Shown in pieces: positions 27,037 to 36,800 of a stretch of DNA of 64,000 nt. Each line of letters starts with the position of its first letter. Position 1 is the first letter of the stretch. Made by a program: the position numbers and the translations under genes. The notes beneath the pieces are model-generated. The model ran no database searches. It was not told the origin of the DNA and saw only the letters and a program-made list of their open reading frames with translations. The DNA lies in sequence record LC819009.1. The stretch is one strand, 5' to 3'.

Positions 27037-28326
27037 TTACGAAGGCTGGCGCATCACGCCGACCATCACGTAGTTGTTGTTGCCATCGATGATGGCTTGG
27101 TTCGTACCGAGCTGGTTCGACACGAGGACATAGGCGTAGACCAGTTGGCCATTGACCGTGCCCTTGTAAGCCTTGTAGTGAACCACGCCACCGTCAACAG
27201 GCTTGCCTGCCGAGGTGAATGCCGGGAACAGAGCCGTATCGTTTTCGCCGTTCGAATACTGGACATTGCCCGAAGCGTCCCACGTAGCGACGTCCTTCGT
27301 TGCGCAGTCTTGGTATTCGTCGAATTGCTTGCCGGCGAGTTCCGTCGGGTCGGTGACTTCCGTCAGGTCGCTGGATGCGAACACGTACTGACCCATCGAC
27401 TTACCAGCGTTCGAAACGCACAGCATGCCCACACGGTTGCCCAGAGTGGAGATGACGCCCGTGAACGAACCCGCATCGGTGAACGACGTCACATTGCCGT
27501 TTGCGTCGATGCTGGCCTTAGCCGACAGCGAACCGCGATTCGGGTCAGTGATAGCGATGCCGAACGTGTTGTCCAGGTTGATTGCCGAACCGATGTTGAA
27601 TGAAGTCATGTTCGGGGTGGTGAATGCCGCAGCCGTGAACGCTTGCTTGGTGAGAGCCGTGTCCGCAGTTGCAACCTTCGCCGACACATCTGCCTGAGTC
27701 AGACCGGCGGCTTTCAAAGCCGTCGCGTACTGGTCGAGCAGCGCGTCGTTTGCGTCACCCTTCACCGCACCGAACACGGAGTTGATGGGGTTGAAGTCCG
27801 AAGCCAGTTGCAGCTGGCCCGGCAGCGTAGCGATTGCAGCCTTGACCTTCGTGAGCGAAGTAGCGAGCTTGTCCGCGGTGATGTTACCCGAGAGCGAGCC
27901 TGCCGTTGCGCTGTTGAAGAAGGTTGCTGGGTCCTGACCTGCCATCGCGCCGACCATCGCATCCGTCAGCGGAGTGATGTTCGAAGTACCCGGAGCCGGA
28001 GCTACCGAATACAATGCGTTTTGAAGGGCCTGGCCGTTCGCCTGACCGCCTGCGACCTGCAAGGCACACGGATAGTCGTCCGCGCTTGCCGTGACCGTGT
28101 AGAGGCCGTTTGCGTCGGTCGTAGCGGTATGCGTGTCGCCCGTCACGCACTTGAACGTGACGGTGCCGCCCACGATGGGCGCGCCGATTGCAGCCGTACC
28201 ACGAGTGACGACTTGAGGTTGTTGATTAGCAGTGCTCGAAGGGCTGTTCGAACCACCACCACCGCCGCCACAGGCGGACAGAACGAGTGCCGATGCGATG
28301 ATAGCGGCGATTTGAATCTTTTTCAT
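27037..28326 (-). CDS. Lipoprotein (signal peptidase II lipobox), Ala/Thr/Gly-rich beta protein
   Basis: MKKIQIAAIIASALVLSA-C then GGGGGG-SNS linker; Ig/carboxypeptidase-regulatory-like segment (GTVTFKC...TATTDANGLY). Confidence 0.8.
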   Translation of the reverse strand: MKKIQIAAIIASALVLSACGGGGGGSNSPSSTANQQPQVVTRGTAAIGAPIVGGTVTFKCVTGDTHTATTDANGLYTVTASADDYPCALQVAGGQANGQALQNALYSVAPAPGTSNITPLTDAMVGAMAGQDPATFFNSATAGSLSGNITADKLATSLTKVKAAIATLPGQLQLASDFNPINSVFGAVKGDANDALLDQYATALKAAGLTQADVSAKVATADTALTKQAFTAAAFTTPNMTSFNIGSAINLDNTFGIAITDPNRGSLSAKASIDANGNVTSFTDAGSFTGVISTLGNRVGMLCVSNAGKSMGQYVFASSDLTEVTDPTELAGKQFDEYQDCATKDVATWDASGNVQYSNGENDTALFPAFTSAGKPVDGGVVHYKAYKGTVNGQLVYAYVLVSNQLGTNQAIIDGNNNYVMVGVMRQPS

Positions 28327-28410
28327 TTTCTACGGTCCTTTTCTTATTACGAAAAAAGCGGGCCTACCCTCGCAGGCCCTGTTGTCAAAAAGTTTTACTG
28401 CTACTGCTAG

Positions 28411-29178
28411 TTACGACGACTTCTTGTCATCGGGCTGATTCAGTTCATGAGCCCGACGTTCTGCATGACGACGTTCCTGACGACGGCTTTGATGGCCGGT
28501 AACACCTGCCGATTGAAACGCCTTCTGCATCTGGTTGCTACCCATCTCGACTTCACGACCCGGTTCGCCAACAGAACCAGCCGCTTCGACGATATGGCTC
28601 GGCGCCAATACTTCAGCCGTCGGCGATTCGACTTCGCGGTCTTGCTGCTTGCGCTCCGCCGCACGAGTACCCGAATGCCACATCCAGTGCATCTGGTTGT
28701 CGCTCTTGTTGACCACAGCCGTTGCCGGCGTGTGATCGTCTTCCTTCGGGTCGATCGGGCGGAAGCCGAAGATACGATCGATGACCTTCAGGTCGGTCGT
28801 CGTAGGCGTGAGGATGTTCAGTTCACGAAGGATGTCTTCGCTGGTGGCCTTGACGCCATGAACATTGAGCCACGGACCGATCGAGTAGTACACTGCGATC
28901 AGATCCTGGCCGAACGCCTTGACCCAGTACCACTTGTTGAAGTCCGGATCGTTGATGATCACGAACTTGTCCTGCATGAGCTTCTCGGCGAGATGCGTGG
29001 CCAGAGCCGGCACCTTCATCGAGATGCGTTTGTCGTTGCCTGCGGCGCCGTCGAGATACAGACTCGCGTAGGCGGTCATCAGCATGTCGAGGCTGAGGTC
29101 TTTCGGTTCCAGCTGCGTGACACGCATGACTTGTTTCGTGCGGTTGATCAGATAGCCGGATTTGTTTGCGCTTTGCAT
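28411..29178 (-). CDS. Hypothetical protein with Arg-rich C-terminus
   Basis: ORF track 28411..29196; likely ATG at 29178 after an AAGGAG RBS. Confidence 0.65.
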   Translation of the reverse strand: MQSANKSGYLINRTKQVMRVTQLEPKDLSLDMLMTAYASLYLDGAAGNDKRISMKVPALATHLAEKLMQDKFVIINDPDFNKWYWVKAFGQDLIAVYYSIGPWLNVHGVKATSEDILRELNILTPTTTDLKVIDRIFGFRPIDPKEDDHTPATAVVNKSDNQMHWMWHSGTRAAERKQQDREVESPTAEVLAPSHIVEAAGSVGEPGREVEMGSNQMQKAFQSAGVTGHQSRRQERRHAERRAHELNQPDDKKSS

Positions 29179-29252
29179 GTTGTTCTCCTTGAACAATTTT
29201 TGCCAAAAAAGATTTGATTGTAGAGCCGAGGCCGGTAAAACAGAAACCCATA

Positions 29253-29286
29253 CATAGCTCCTGAGCCCGAAGGCTCAGGAGCTATG
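29253..29286. terminator. Stem-loop (15-bp perfect stem including CATA/TATG)
   Basis: catagctcctgagcc-cgaa-ggctcaggagctatg. Confidence 0.75.
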
Positions 29287-29311
29287 CTGGGGGTGCTTCT
29301 AACGGACCGAA

Positions 29312-29821
29312 TTACTTCGAGCCGAACGCCGACGTGAACGTCGTGTTGATGGTGTCGCGCAGCTTGCTGAGATCGCCGCGGCTGTTCTTCGCGCCGTAGG
29401 TCGCGAACTTGATGTTGGTCTGGCCGTAGACGTCCTTCTCGCCGTCGACGACGAAGTTGCCCGTTTCCTTGTCGAGGACGCGGTTCGGGACACGCTTGTG
29501 ACGCTCGAACGAAACGTCGAGCACGCTGCGGCCGAGTTCGAACGACAGTGCTGCCGTGCCGAGATCCTTCGTTTCCTTGAAGCGGCGTTCGACGGCTTTC
29601 GCGCCGGCGTCGGTCGAACCGAGGATGAAGTCGCTCACGTAGTTCTGGTCGTCGATCATCTGATCGACATTGCGACCGTCTTCGGTCGCGATTTCGCGGA
29701 ACACGGACTTCTGCAGATCCTTGTCGAGATTGCCCGACGTGTCGACCTTGCCGTCGATCTTGGCGAAGAGGCGATCCGAGATCGATTGTGCACGCGTGTT
29801 CAGCTTGAATTGTTCGCTCAT
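29312..29821 (-). CDS. Conserved phiKZ-like hypothetical protein, probably highly expressed
   Basis: 169 aa with very strong C/G-ending codon bias and an AAGGA RBS. Confidence 0.75.
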   Translation of the reverse strand: MSEQFKLNTRAQSISDRLFAKIDGKVDTSGNLDKDLQKSVFREIATEDGRNVDQMIDDQNYVSDFILGSTDAGAKAVERRFKETKDLGTAALSFELGRSVLDVSFERHKRVPNRVLDKETGNFVVDGEKDVYGQTNIKFATYGAKNSRGDLSKLRDTINTTFTSAFGSK

Positions 29822-29887
29822 CGCGATGATTCCTTTTTAGAAAGAAGAGTTACTACGTTTAAAAGAGACTACGTTTTCAGCCGCTAG

Positions 29888-30337
29888 TTAATACGAGCGA
29901 CCACCGGGCTTGCGGTTGTTATTGTTATAACCACCACTGCCTTGATACTTCGGCCGATCCCCGTAAGACTTCGGAGGATACGACCGCACTTCTTGCACCG
30001 GCACCGAAATGGGTTGCGGCGGCGGAGCAACGTACGGCTTGGCTTGGTTCAGGTTGTACTTCGTGATGAACTTCGCCTTGAAACCTTGTGACAGCACCGG
30101 ACCGTTTTCCGGCATGAACACGAGAACGTACTTGCCTTCGCGTTGCGTCACGATCGGCTTCTTGTACTTCTCGTGCCAGTCAGCAGGCAGCTGCGACTGA
30201 TCGAACGTCGTGTCATGGAACGCCGAATTGGGTTCGATGTACGTATCGTTCGATTTACCGACGGCCTTTTCGAGACCTTCGATTGTGTATTCGTTGTCCA
30301 GGAATTTGATAGTCCTGGAGTTCGCACCATTGGTCAT
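29888..30337 (-). CDS. Hypothetical protein with Pro-rich linker and Gly/Tyr/Arg/Asn-rich tail
   Basis: 149 aa, GAGG RBS; C-terminus RSYPPKSYGDRPKYQGSGGYNNNNRKPGGRSY. Confidence 0.7.
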   Translation of the reverse strand: MTNGANSRTIKFLDNEYTIEGLEKAVGKSNDTYIEPNSAFHDTTFDQSQLPADWHEKYKKPIVTQREGKYVLVFMPENGPVLSQGFKAKFITKYNLNQAKPYVAPPPQPISVPVQEVRSYPPKSYGDRPKYQGSGGYNNNNRKPGGRSY

Positions 30338-30483
30338 TTGATCCTCAATTGTAAAATTGACCTGTGACTCATCTCTAAATCAGAGAGAGCGCTAGTAACT
30401 TTTTATAAGTTTGAAGCAGGATTATCAAAGTTTACTCAGGAAACTCATGTGTGTAATATGTGGTTGAAAATAAATAGAAAGCA

Positions 30484-30516
30484 TAATTCACAGGGGCTTG
30501 TGGCCCCTGTGAATTA
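30484..30516. terminator. Stem-loop (14-bp stem)
   Basis: taattcacaggggc-ttgtg-gcccctgtgaatta downstream of the protease gene. Confidence 0.75.
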
Positions 30517-30525
30517 GCGGTCTGA

Positions 30526-31308
30526 TTACAACTTCTTGGTGTTGATCAGTTCGAAGAAGTTACGCTTCGCTTGTGGCGTGTCGCGCACTTCCCAACCCAA
30601 TGCACCCATGAGTGCATCGAGCGGAACGGATACCGATTCGTTCGAACCGGGACGTTGACGGATGTTGCGTGCCGATTGACGAACCGCGCCTTCCGTGAAG
30701 ATCTTGCTGGAGTGAGCTTCCAGCGACGGCGAGTCGTACTTCGTGGCCATGGCGATGCCAGGCTCGTTCACGTAGTCGAACGTGACGACGTGTTTCATCT
30801 CCTTGATGATCCGGCCACCGACGCGATGAGGCATCGAGAAGCAACGAATCGAGAAGCACACGTTTTCACTGCCGTTGTTGATCTGCTTGTCCAGTGCATC
30901 ACCATACGGACCGGACGGAGCCACCGCAGACATGATGCCCACGATAGGACGGCCTTGACCATCCTTGTAGTGATCGAAGTCCAGGTAGATCTTCTTGTGA
31001 TGACAGCAAGCCGACTTTTCGTCGATGCGCAGGAGACGTTCAACGAACTTGTCGTCCGATTGACCCGTTTCCTGATTGGGGTGGCCATACTCACCACGCA
31101 ATACGCCCTTCGATGCCATGCGAACGAGATCGCTCGCTTCGGTGAAGAACTTCTTGCCGTAGTTGTAGTCGTAGAACTCACCCTTGTTGTTTGTCATGTT
31201 CAGGGCGCCCACGATCATGTCGTAGTACCCGTCACTGTTTTTCTTGAGCGTGCCGGCAGCGTTCCGACCATTCAGAACCTGACAGCTAAACTCCACGGCG
31301 CCTTGCAT
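30526..31308 (-). CDS. Prohead (head maturation) protease (phiKZ gp175-like)
   Basis: MIVGALN, GEYGHP (His), FSIRCFS (Ser), TFDYVNEPGI; position downstream of the virion RNAP genes. Confidence 0.88.
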   Translation of the reverse strand: MQGAVEFSCQVLNGRNAAGTLKKNSDGYYDMIVGALNMTNNKGEFYDYNYGKKFFTEASDLVRMASKGVLRGEYGHPNQETGQSDDKFVERLLRIDEKSACCHHKKIYLDFDHYKDGQGRPIVGIMSAVAPSGPYGDALDKQINNGSENVCFSIRCFSMPHRVGGRIIKEMKHVVTFDYVNEPGIAMATKYDSPSLEAHSSKIFTEGAVRQSARNIRQRPGSNESVSVPLDALMGALGWEVRDTPQAKRNFFELINTKKL

Positions 31309-31329
31309 CTTTAACCTCTTTGCGAAAAA

Positions 31330-32052
31330 TTACATACGGAGATATTCTTCGATTTGCTCGACACGCTCCGAGGGATTATTCAGCGCAGCGATAATACCCC
31401 GTTGCTGATACGAACCCGCGATACGGGTAAGTGTCGAGCTGGCCGAGTACTCGATGGTACGAATCGAAGTCGGCACAGATTCTTTTTCGGTGAGGTCGGC
31501 TACCGTCTTGACTTCATGGCGGAAGTACTTCGACCGGTCTTTCGCAAGACGCGTGTTCGTTGCCACAATCAGTTCAGTAATTTCACACTGTTCCGTGATG
31601 TTCGTGCCGGCGTGTTTCACAGCCGAATCGAACACCTTGCAGCGGTCCAGGTAATTCATGAACCAGGGTACACGAGCCTTAGCGATGATCTCGGTAAAGA
31701 TGTGGTAAACGAGACCACTGTTCTTCACGAGGTCCATGCTCGGACACACAACCGTGTTTTTGTCGAAGTTGTAGAGGACATAGATGTCCCCATCGACGTC
31801 AACTTCCGAAATGGATGTCGGCGTCAGCGGAATGAACGCATTCGTCATGGTGATGAAGTAGCGGTTGCCCACAATCCATGCACAAATGCCGATGGTCTTG
31901 TTCTCGGAACCAACAGTCGCAAGCTTCACTTCGACGAAACGTTTGGGGATCATGATCGAGCAAGCATCTGCTGCCATGAGAGCCCCAGTCTTCGTCGTAA
32001 CGAAACTACGCTTCGCGACTTCCGGGTCACGAGTGAGTTTCGTGACGTCCAT
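31330..32052 (-). CDS. Virion structural protein (phiKZ gp176-like)
   Basis: 240 aa; synteny with gp175-gp178. Confidence 0.65.
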   Translation of the reverse strand: MDVTKLTRDPEVAKRSFVTTKTGALMAADACSIMIPKRFVEVKLATVGSENKTIGICAWIVGNRYFITMTNAFIPLTPTSISEVDVDGDIYVLYNFDKNTVVCPSMDLVKNSGLVYHIFTEIIAKARVPWFMNYLDRCKVFDSAVKHAGTNITEQCEITELIVATNTRLAKDRSKYFRHEVKTVADLTEKESVPTSIRTIEYSASSTLTRIAGSYQQRGIIAALNNPSERVEQIEEYLRM

Positions 32053-33485
32053 CAGGCGATTTCGATCTGGTCAGCGAACCAGTCCGCGACGTAGTCGACC
32101 ACAGCCAGGTTCAGCGCGTCTTCCGTCGAGATGTCGCTATTCGCAGCCATCGCTTCGTTCACGCCGCGCAGGATGCAGATTGCGTCGGTGTGATTGAACA
32201 TCGTCAGGCACACGGCCTTCATCGCGAGGATGTCGATGTCCTTCAGTTCCGGATTGTAGACGCGGGAGATGAACTCTTCTGCGTTGTCCAGAATACGATT
32301 GACGTTGGCGCGGATGACTTCGTCGTCCGTCGTACGAACGTAATGACGGATGTATTCGCCGATAGCACGACGCACGGAGATCAGCATACCGCTTTCCGTG
32401 TTCTGCTTGGCGAGCGTGACCTGGTAGGCCCACGCCTGCTTGTACTTTTCCGTACCAGCGACGATGTCTTCGAGATAGGTCTTGCGGTCGCCCGAGATTG
32501 CAGCACCCAGAACCGTCTCGACGTCGCCACCTTCTTCCATGTAGCGATCGTACACCGACTTGTTGACGAACACGGTCTTGTTGTCGACCTTTTCGATCAG
32601 CTTGCCGTGCTTCATCTGCTGGTTGTTGTACTCCATCGCGATGTAGAGTGCCGAACCCGTGACTTCCACGAGGTTCTTCAGAGCGTAGGTGTACTTCGAG
32701 CTCGACAGCCCGTTCACACCCGTACCCGTCGGAACGCCTTCACCACCAGCGAGCAGGCGATCTGCGAACAGGAAGGTCGCGAAGTTGCGAGCCGTACCCT
32801 TGACGCGATCGACACGGAATTCGTCGTACGTCTTGAACGTGGTTGCCTGATGAGCGAACACGACGTTCCAGACTTCGCGGATGAGTTCGATGCCTTCGTT
32901 GGCCACGAACTGGTCGACAGCCGTGTCGTAAGCTTCCGCGCCGATCTTCAGCAGACCGAGCAACTGCTCGTCCGTGAGTTCCGGATAGTCCAGCACCAGC
33001 ACCTGGTTGTCTTGTGGCTTGATCGAGGCAAACTCTTCGAGCTTGTTCACGATAGCCGGAACGTCGAACAGGGGCGAGCCCGTGACCATTTCGATCGTGT
33101 AGCTGCGAACGCCCGTACGCTCGTCGATGTCCAGGACTTCTTTGAGCTTGTTGTGCAGTTCATGCACAGCCGGAATGACGACAGTCGTAGCAAATGCCAC
33201 GTGACCTGCCAGAGCCGTACCCAGCGCCGAGGAAGCCGATTCCATGTAGCAGTCGTGCACGTGTTCTTGCACTTCGCCATTGACGATCTGCGTTTCGTTG
33301 CCGTTGTAGATCTGTGCCGGCAGGCCGTCGATCTCGCTCAGGCAGCTGATTGCGCTCCCCCAGATGTGGGTGGCAGCCAGCGCTTCTTCGATCGGCGAAC
33401 CGGCTTTCGGACGCAACGACACGCCCTTGTCGGCGAGAACCGCCACGAGGTCTTTCGAGGAGTTCAGTGCTTCGAGAGTCAGCAT
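32052..33485 (-). CDS. Virion structural protein (phiKZ gp177-like)
   Basis: 477 aa, coupled to the next gene; synteny. Confidence 0.65.
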   Translation of the reverse strand: MLTLEALNSSKDLVAVLADKGVSLRPKAGSPIEEALAATHIWGSAISCLSEIDGLPAQIYNGNETQIVNGEVQEHVHDCYMESASSALGTALAGHVAFATTVVIPAVHELHNKLKEVLDIDERTGVRSYTIEMVTGSPLFDVPAIVNKLEEFASIKPQDNQVLVLDYPELTDEQLLGLLKIGAEAYDTAVDQFVANEGIELIREVWNVVFAHQATTFKTYDEFRVDRVKGTARNFATFLFADRLLAGGEGVPTGTGVNGLSSSKYTYALKNLVEVTGSALYIAMEYNNQQMKHGKLIEKVDNKTVFVNKSVYDRYMEEGGDVETVLGAAISGDRKTYLEDIVAGTEKYKQAWAYQVTLAKQNTESGMLISVRRAIGEYIRHYVRTTDDEVIRANVNRILDNAEEFISRVYNPELKDIDILAMKAVCLTMFNHTDAICILRGVNEAMAANSDISTEDALNLAVVDYVADWFADQIEIA

Positions 33486-33498
33486 GATTTTTGATTCC

Positions 33499-33771
33499 TT
33501 ACTTGGCGATGACGTTGGGGTTCACGGCACCGCTTTGGTGTTCGCCAGTACGCACCGACTTGTTGAACTGACCGCTCGGCATGTTACGCAGAGCGCCTTC
33601 GAGCTTCTTGTGGACCTTCATCATGAAGACGCGGTACACGGTGTCACGTGCTGCCGGCTGGCCGAAGAAGTTGCGCACGTTCTCGTTGGTCATCATCGAT
33701 GCCACGGTGTTACGCGTCAACTCGGCGCCGTTGGCCAGAATGGCCATGTTGGTTTGCGGAGCGGATTGCAT
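33499..33771 (-). CDS. Small hypothetical protein (about 90 aa)
   Basis: ATG at 33771 after an AGGA-like RBS; biased codons. The ORF-track start (33840) lies within a hairpin. Confidence 0.55.
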   Translation of the reverse strand: MQSAPQTNMAILANGAELTRNTVASMMTNENVRNFFGQPAARDTVYRVFMMKVHKKLEGALRNMPSGQFNKSVRTGEHQSGAVNPNVIAK

Positions 33772-33813
33772 AATTGTTCCTGTTAAAAAAGATGCTGATT
33801 TCTCGACAGACAT

Positions 33814-33842
33814 AAATGGGTGAGGACTCGCCTCACCCATTT
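33814..33842. terminator. Stem-loop downstream of the virion RNAP beta gene
   Basis: aaatgggtgagg-actcg-cctcacccattt. Confidence 0.7.
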
Positions 33843-33853
33843 TTCGTTTCAGA

Positions 33854-36800
33854 TTACGAGTCGTATGCAGCCACTACAAGCTCTGCGCCCTTCATCAGAA
33901 TGGCAGTGGTCGTGCCAACGATGTCAGGCGAATTCACAATACGACGTGCAATCGACGTGTAGCTGAACCGACCAAGGATCTTCGTGCCATCCTCAGCCTT
34001 CATGGGTTCCTTGATGACCTTGCCGATAATCGACTTCAGCTGGTTAACCAGCACGATCTTGTCGCCCACGCCAGCAGGTTCCGGCCCAGTAATGTAGATT
34101 CGGATTGCAACAGAATCCAGAGGAATCGAATTCCCCTTGACCTTGAAGCCCTCATCCACTTCACCGGTAACAACCTTCTTCCCGGCCGACTTCCGACGGT
34201 GGCCAATCTCGCGGTCAGACGCAGCAACAATCTTCTTGATGCTGTCGGACATGTCCTCTTTGTCGCCGCGATAGAACACCTCGATGCGTTCAACAACGCC
34301 GTCGTATTTCGCTTTCGGAGCTTGAGAGCCGAGGGCTTTCAAACTATCAATGTCCGCCTCATCATAGAGATCGAGACCGGAAGTGATCTCGTCCTGAATG
34401 ATCATCAGAACATCGTCGTATTTGACTGCTTCACCGACTTTGATCAGGCGTGCAATCGCCTGTTTGAACGACACGATAATCGTTCTCTGTTTTGTCTGTT
34501 CCGTCATCAGCATGTCTGCAAGTTCTTGCGAGATCACGCTAGCATCTTCAATCACGTCAGCAGGTTCGCACAAAGCGAAGTGAGCGTAGGTGCCATTGCA
34601 CCACACCACCTGACGAGGGTTCAGAGTGTCGGGTTTGAAGAAGCCCTTGTTGAAGGTAATTGCATCGCCTTCAATGAACTTCGTACCAACTTTGAGATTG
34701 GTTACCAGGGTATGCGGAATCGTCATACCGGCGTTTTCGCCGTATTGTCGTCCCAGCGGATAACCCTTGGTTGTTCCGTCTTCGTACTGGACAGTAATGC
34801 CGTGATCGGTAACTTCCGTCACCTTGCCTTTTTGTTTGGCGGTCACTGCAAAGAGTTCGCTCGCACGATGAGGAATCACGCGATCGTATCCAGTCGACAG
34901 GATGTTTTCCATCTGACCGGTCACTGCCACGCCATGCTCATGCTGAATGGAAATAAAGCCCATCCGCTTCATGTCGTCACGGGTAGCACCAGGAGAAGCC
35001 AGAACACTCGACGAGAAGATGGAACTCATGGCGAGATCCTTCTTGTCGGGTTCAACCGGCATACCCAGCGTGTTGGTCAGCTGAGGATTCGGTGCGAGAT
35101 AGGTATTGATGCCCACTTCACCAGAGTCCTTCGTAGCTTCAGAGATGATGCCGATGTCGTTCTTCCCGTATTCACGGGTAGCGGCTGTCATGGTGTCTTT
35201 CGAGCGACCACCAGCGCCTGTGAACGTAACTTCCTCGCGCATCTTCAGGTTTGCGATCGGATTGATGTCCTTCACCACGACGATTGACGGATCTTCCGCC
35301 AATGCTTGCCAGATGGCAAAAGGTTTCATCTCAATCGGATAACGGCTTTTGCCCGGACGACCGTTGTGAGCTCGCATGGAGCGCACCAGTTCCTGATAAA
35401 CCGCACCTGCGATTCGTTCGTAACCCTTGATGCGCATTTCGCTCATGTCGAGTTCCGGACGATGCATGTCGTCCAGGAGCAGTTCCGTCGCAAAGACCAG
35501 AATGCCCATGAAGTCAGTCGGTTCTTTCAGGTGGAGCAGCACATCCTTGGTAATCGGATCGACAAACATGTCGCGAGCCAAGGTGATCTCACGCAAAACG
35601 CGAGTGCCGCCACCCGTCGTATCCAGAACGTTCTGATAAACACCCGGATGATCGAAGTCCGTGATCGAGAAACCACGAATGATCCGACGGAATTCCTGGA
35701 AGCCGCCCAAGAGCAGGCAAGCAAGACGATCGTTCTTGGAGAAGAGCAGCGTTTCGTCACTGAACACCAGAGCGACTTCGTCAGGCTGTTGTTGAGTACG
35801 CGTACCAACCGGCACACGACGGGTCTTGATCTTCAGACGCTTGATGAGTTCAGTCAGACCGTAATCCCAAGCGAGAATCATGCCGATCGGCACGTATTTC
35901 CCAGCTATCTTGATCTCGACGAATTCAGCAGGCATACCGGACATATCGAGCCCGAGTATTTCTTCCATCTCGCCCAGAGGCTTAACTGTTTCACCTTGAA
36001 TCAGGTAGAACGAATCGCCTTCGTAGTAGATGATCTTGCGTTTGTCGGAGATGGCGATCGGAACAAAACCCTTCTTGATCCAGGGACCGACCACTTCCAT
36101 GTTGAAGTTGTCTTCGATCTTCGAGAGATCGAGATGGAAAACAAACTTTTCCTTCTCCACATTCTGCAACGTGAACTCTTTGATCTGGTGCGCAAGCGCC
36201 GACACAGAGCGAGGAGCCTTGATGTTCATGTGGAAGACGTTTGCAGTCTTGATATCCGTCACCACGTCGATCGAGTTATCGAAACCCAAGGACATGACTT
36301 CATTGATCAGCCATTGCTGGTAATCATTGACGGCTTTGCGGCTACGGTAGATGAAGAACTTGCCGTAGTAGCTCGTGATTGCAACACGGTTCGGTGCCAC
36401 CTTACGGATCGGGAAGTCGCCGCGTTGATTACGCATTGCATACTTCACGCCGTTGGCGGTGTACGTACCGTCTTCGTTGATTTCCGGGATAGGGAAACGC
36501 AGCGTGGTCGGCGCGCCTTCAACAGGCACGATACGAGCCACGAAGTTCTGGTTCGTACCCTGAATCGTCTCGGTCTTTTCGACTTCGAGATGATCCAGCA
36601 TAACGTTCGCGCTCTGAACGTGGGTGATCATCCTGAGGATGTGTTTGGGCAGCGTGTGCTTGATGTATTTCTGCTGACTCACTTCAATCGAGGAGTGCAG
36701 CATCGAACCATCGACGACCACTGCATTGGGTGCAGCGATGTGTTTGGTGTCAACATGAAGCTCATGCGGCTCGATATGCATTGCATCAACGAGCGTGCCC

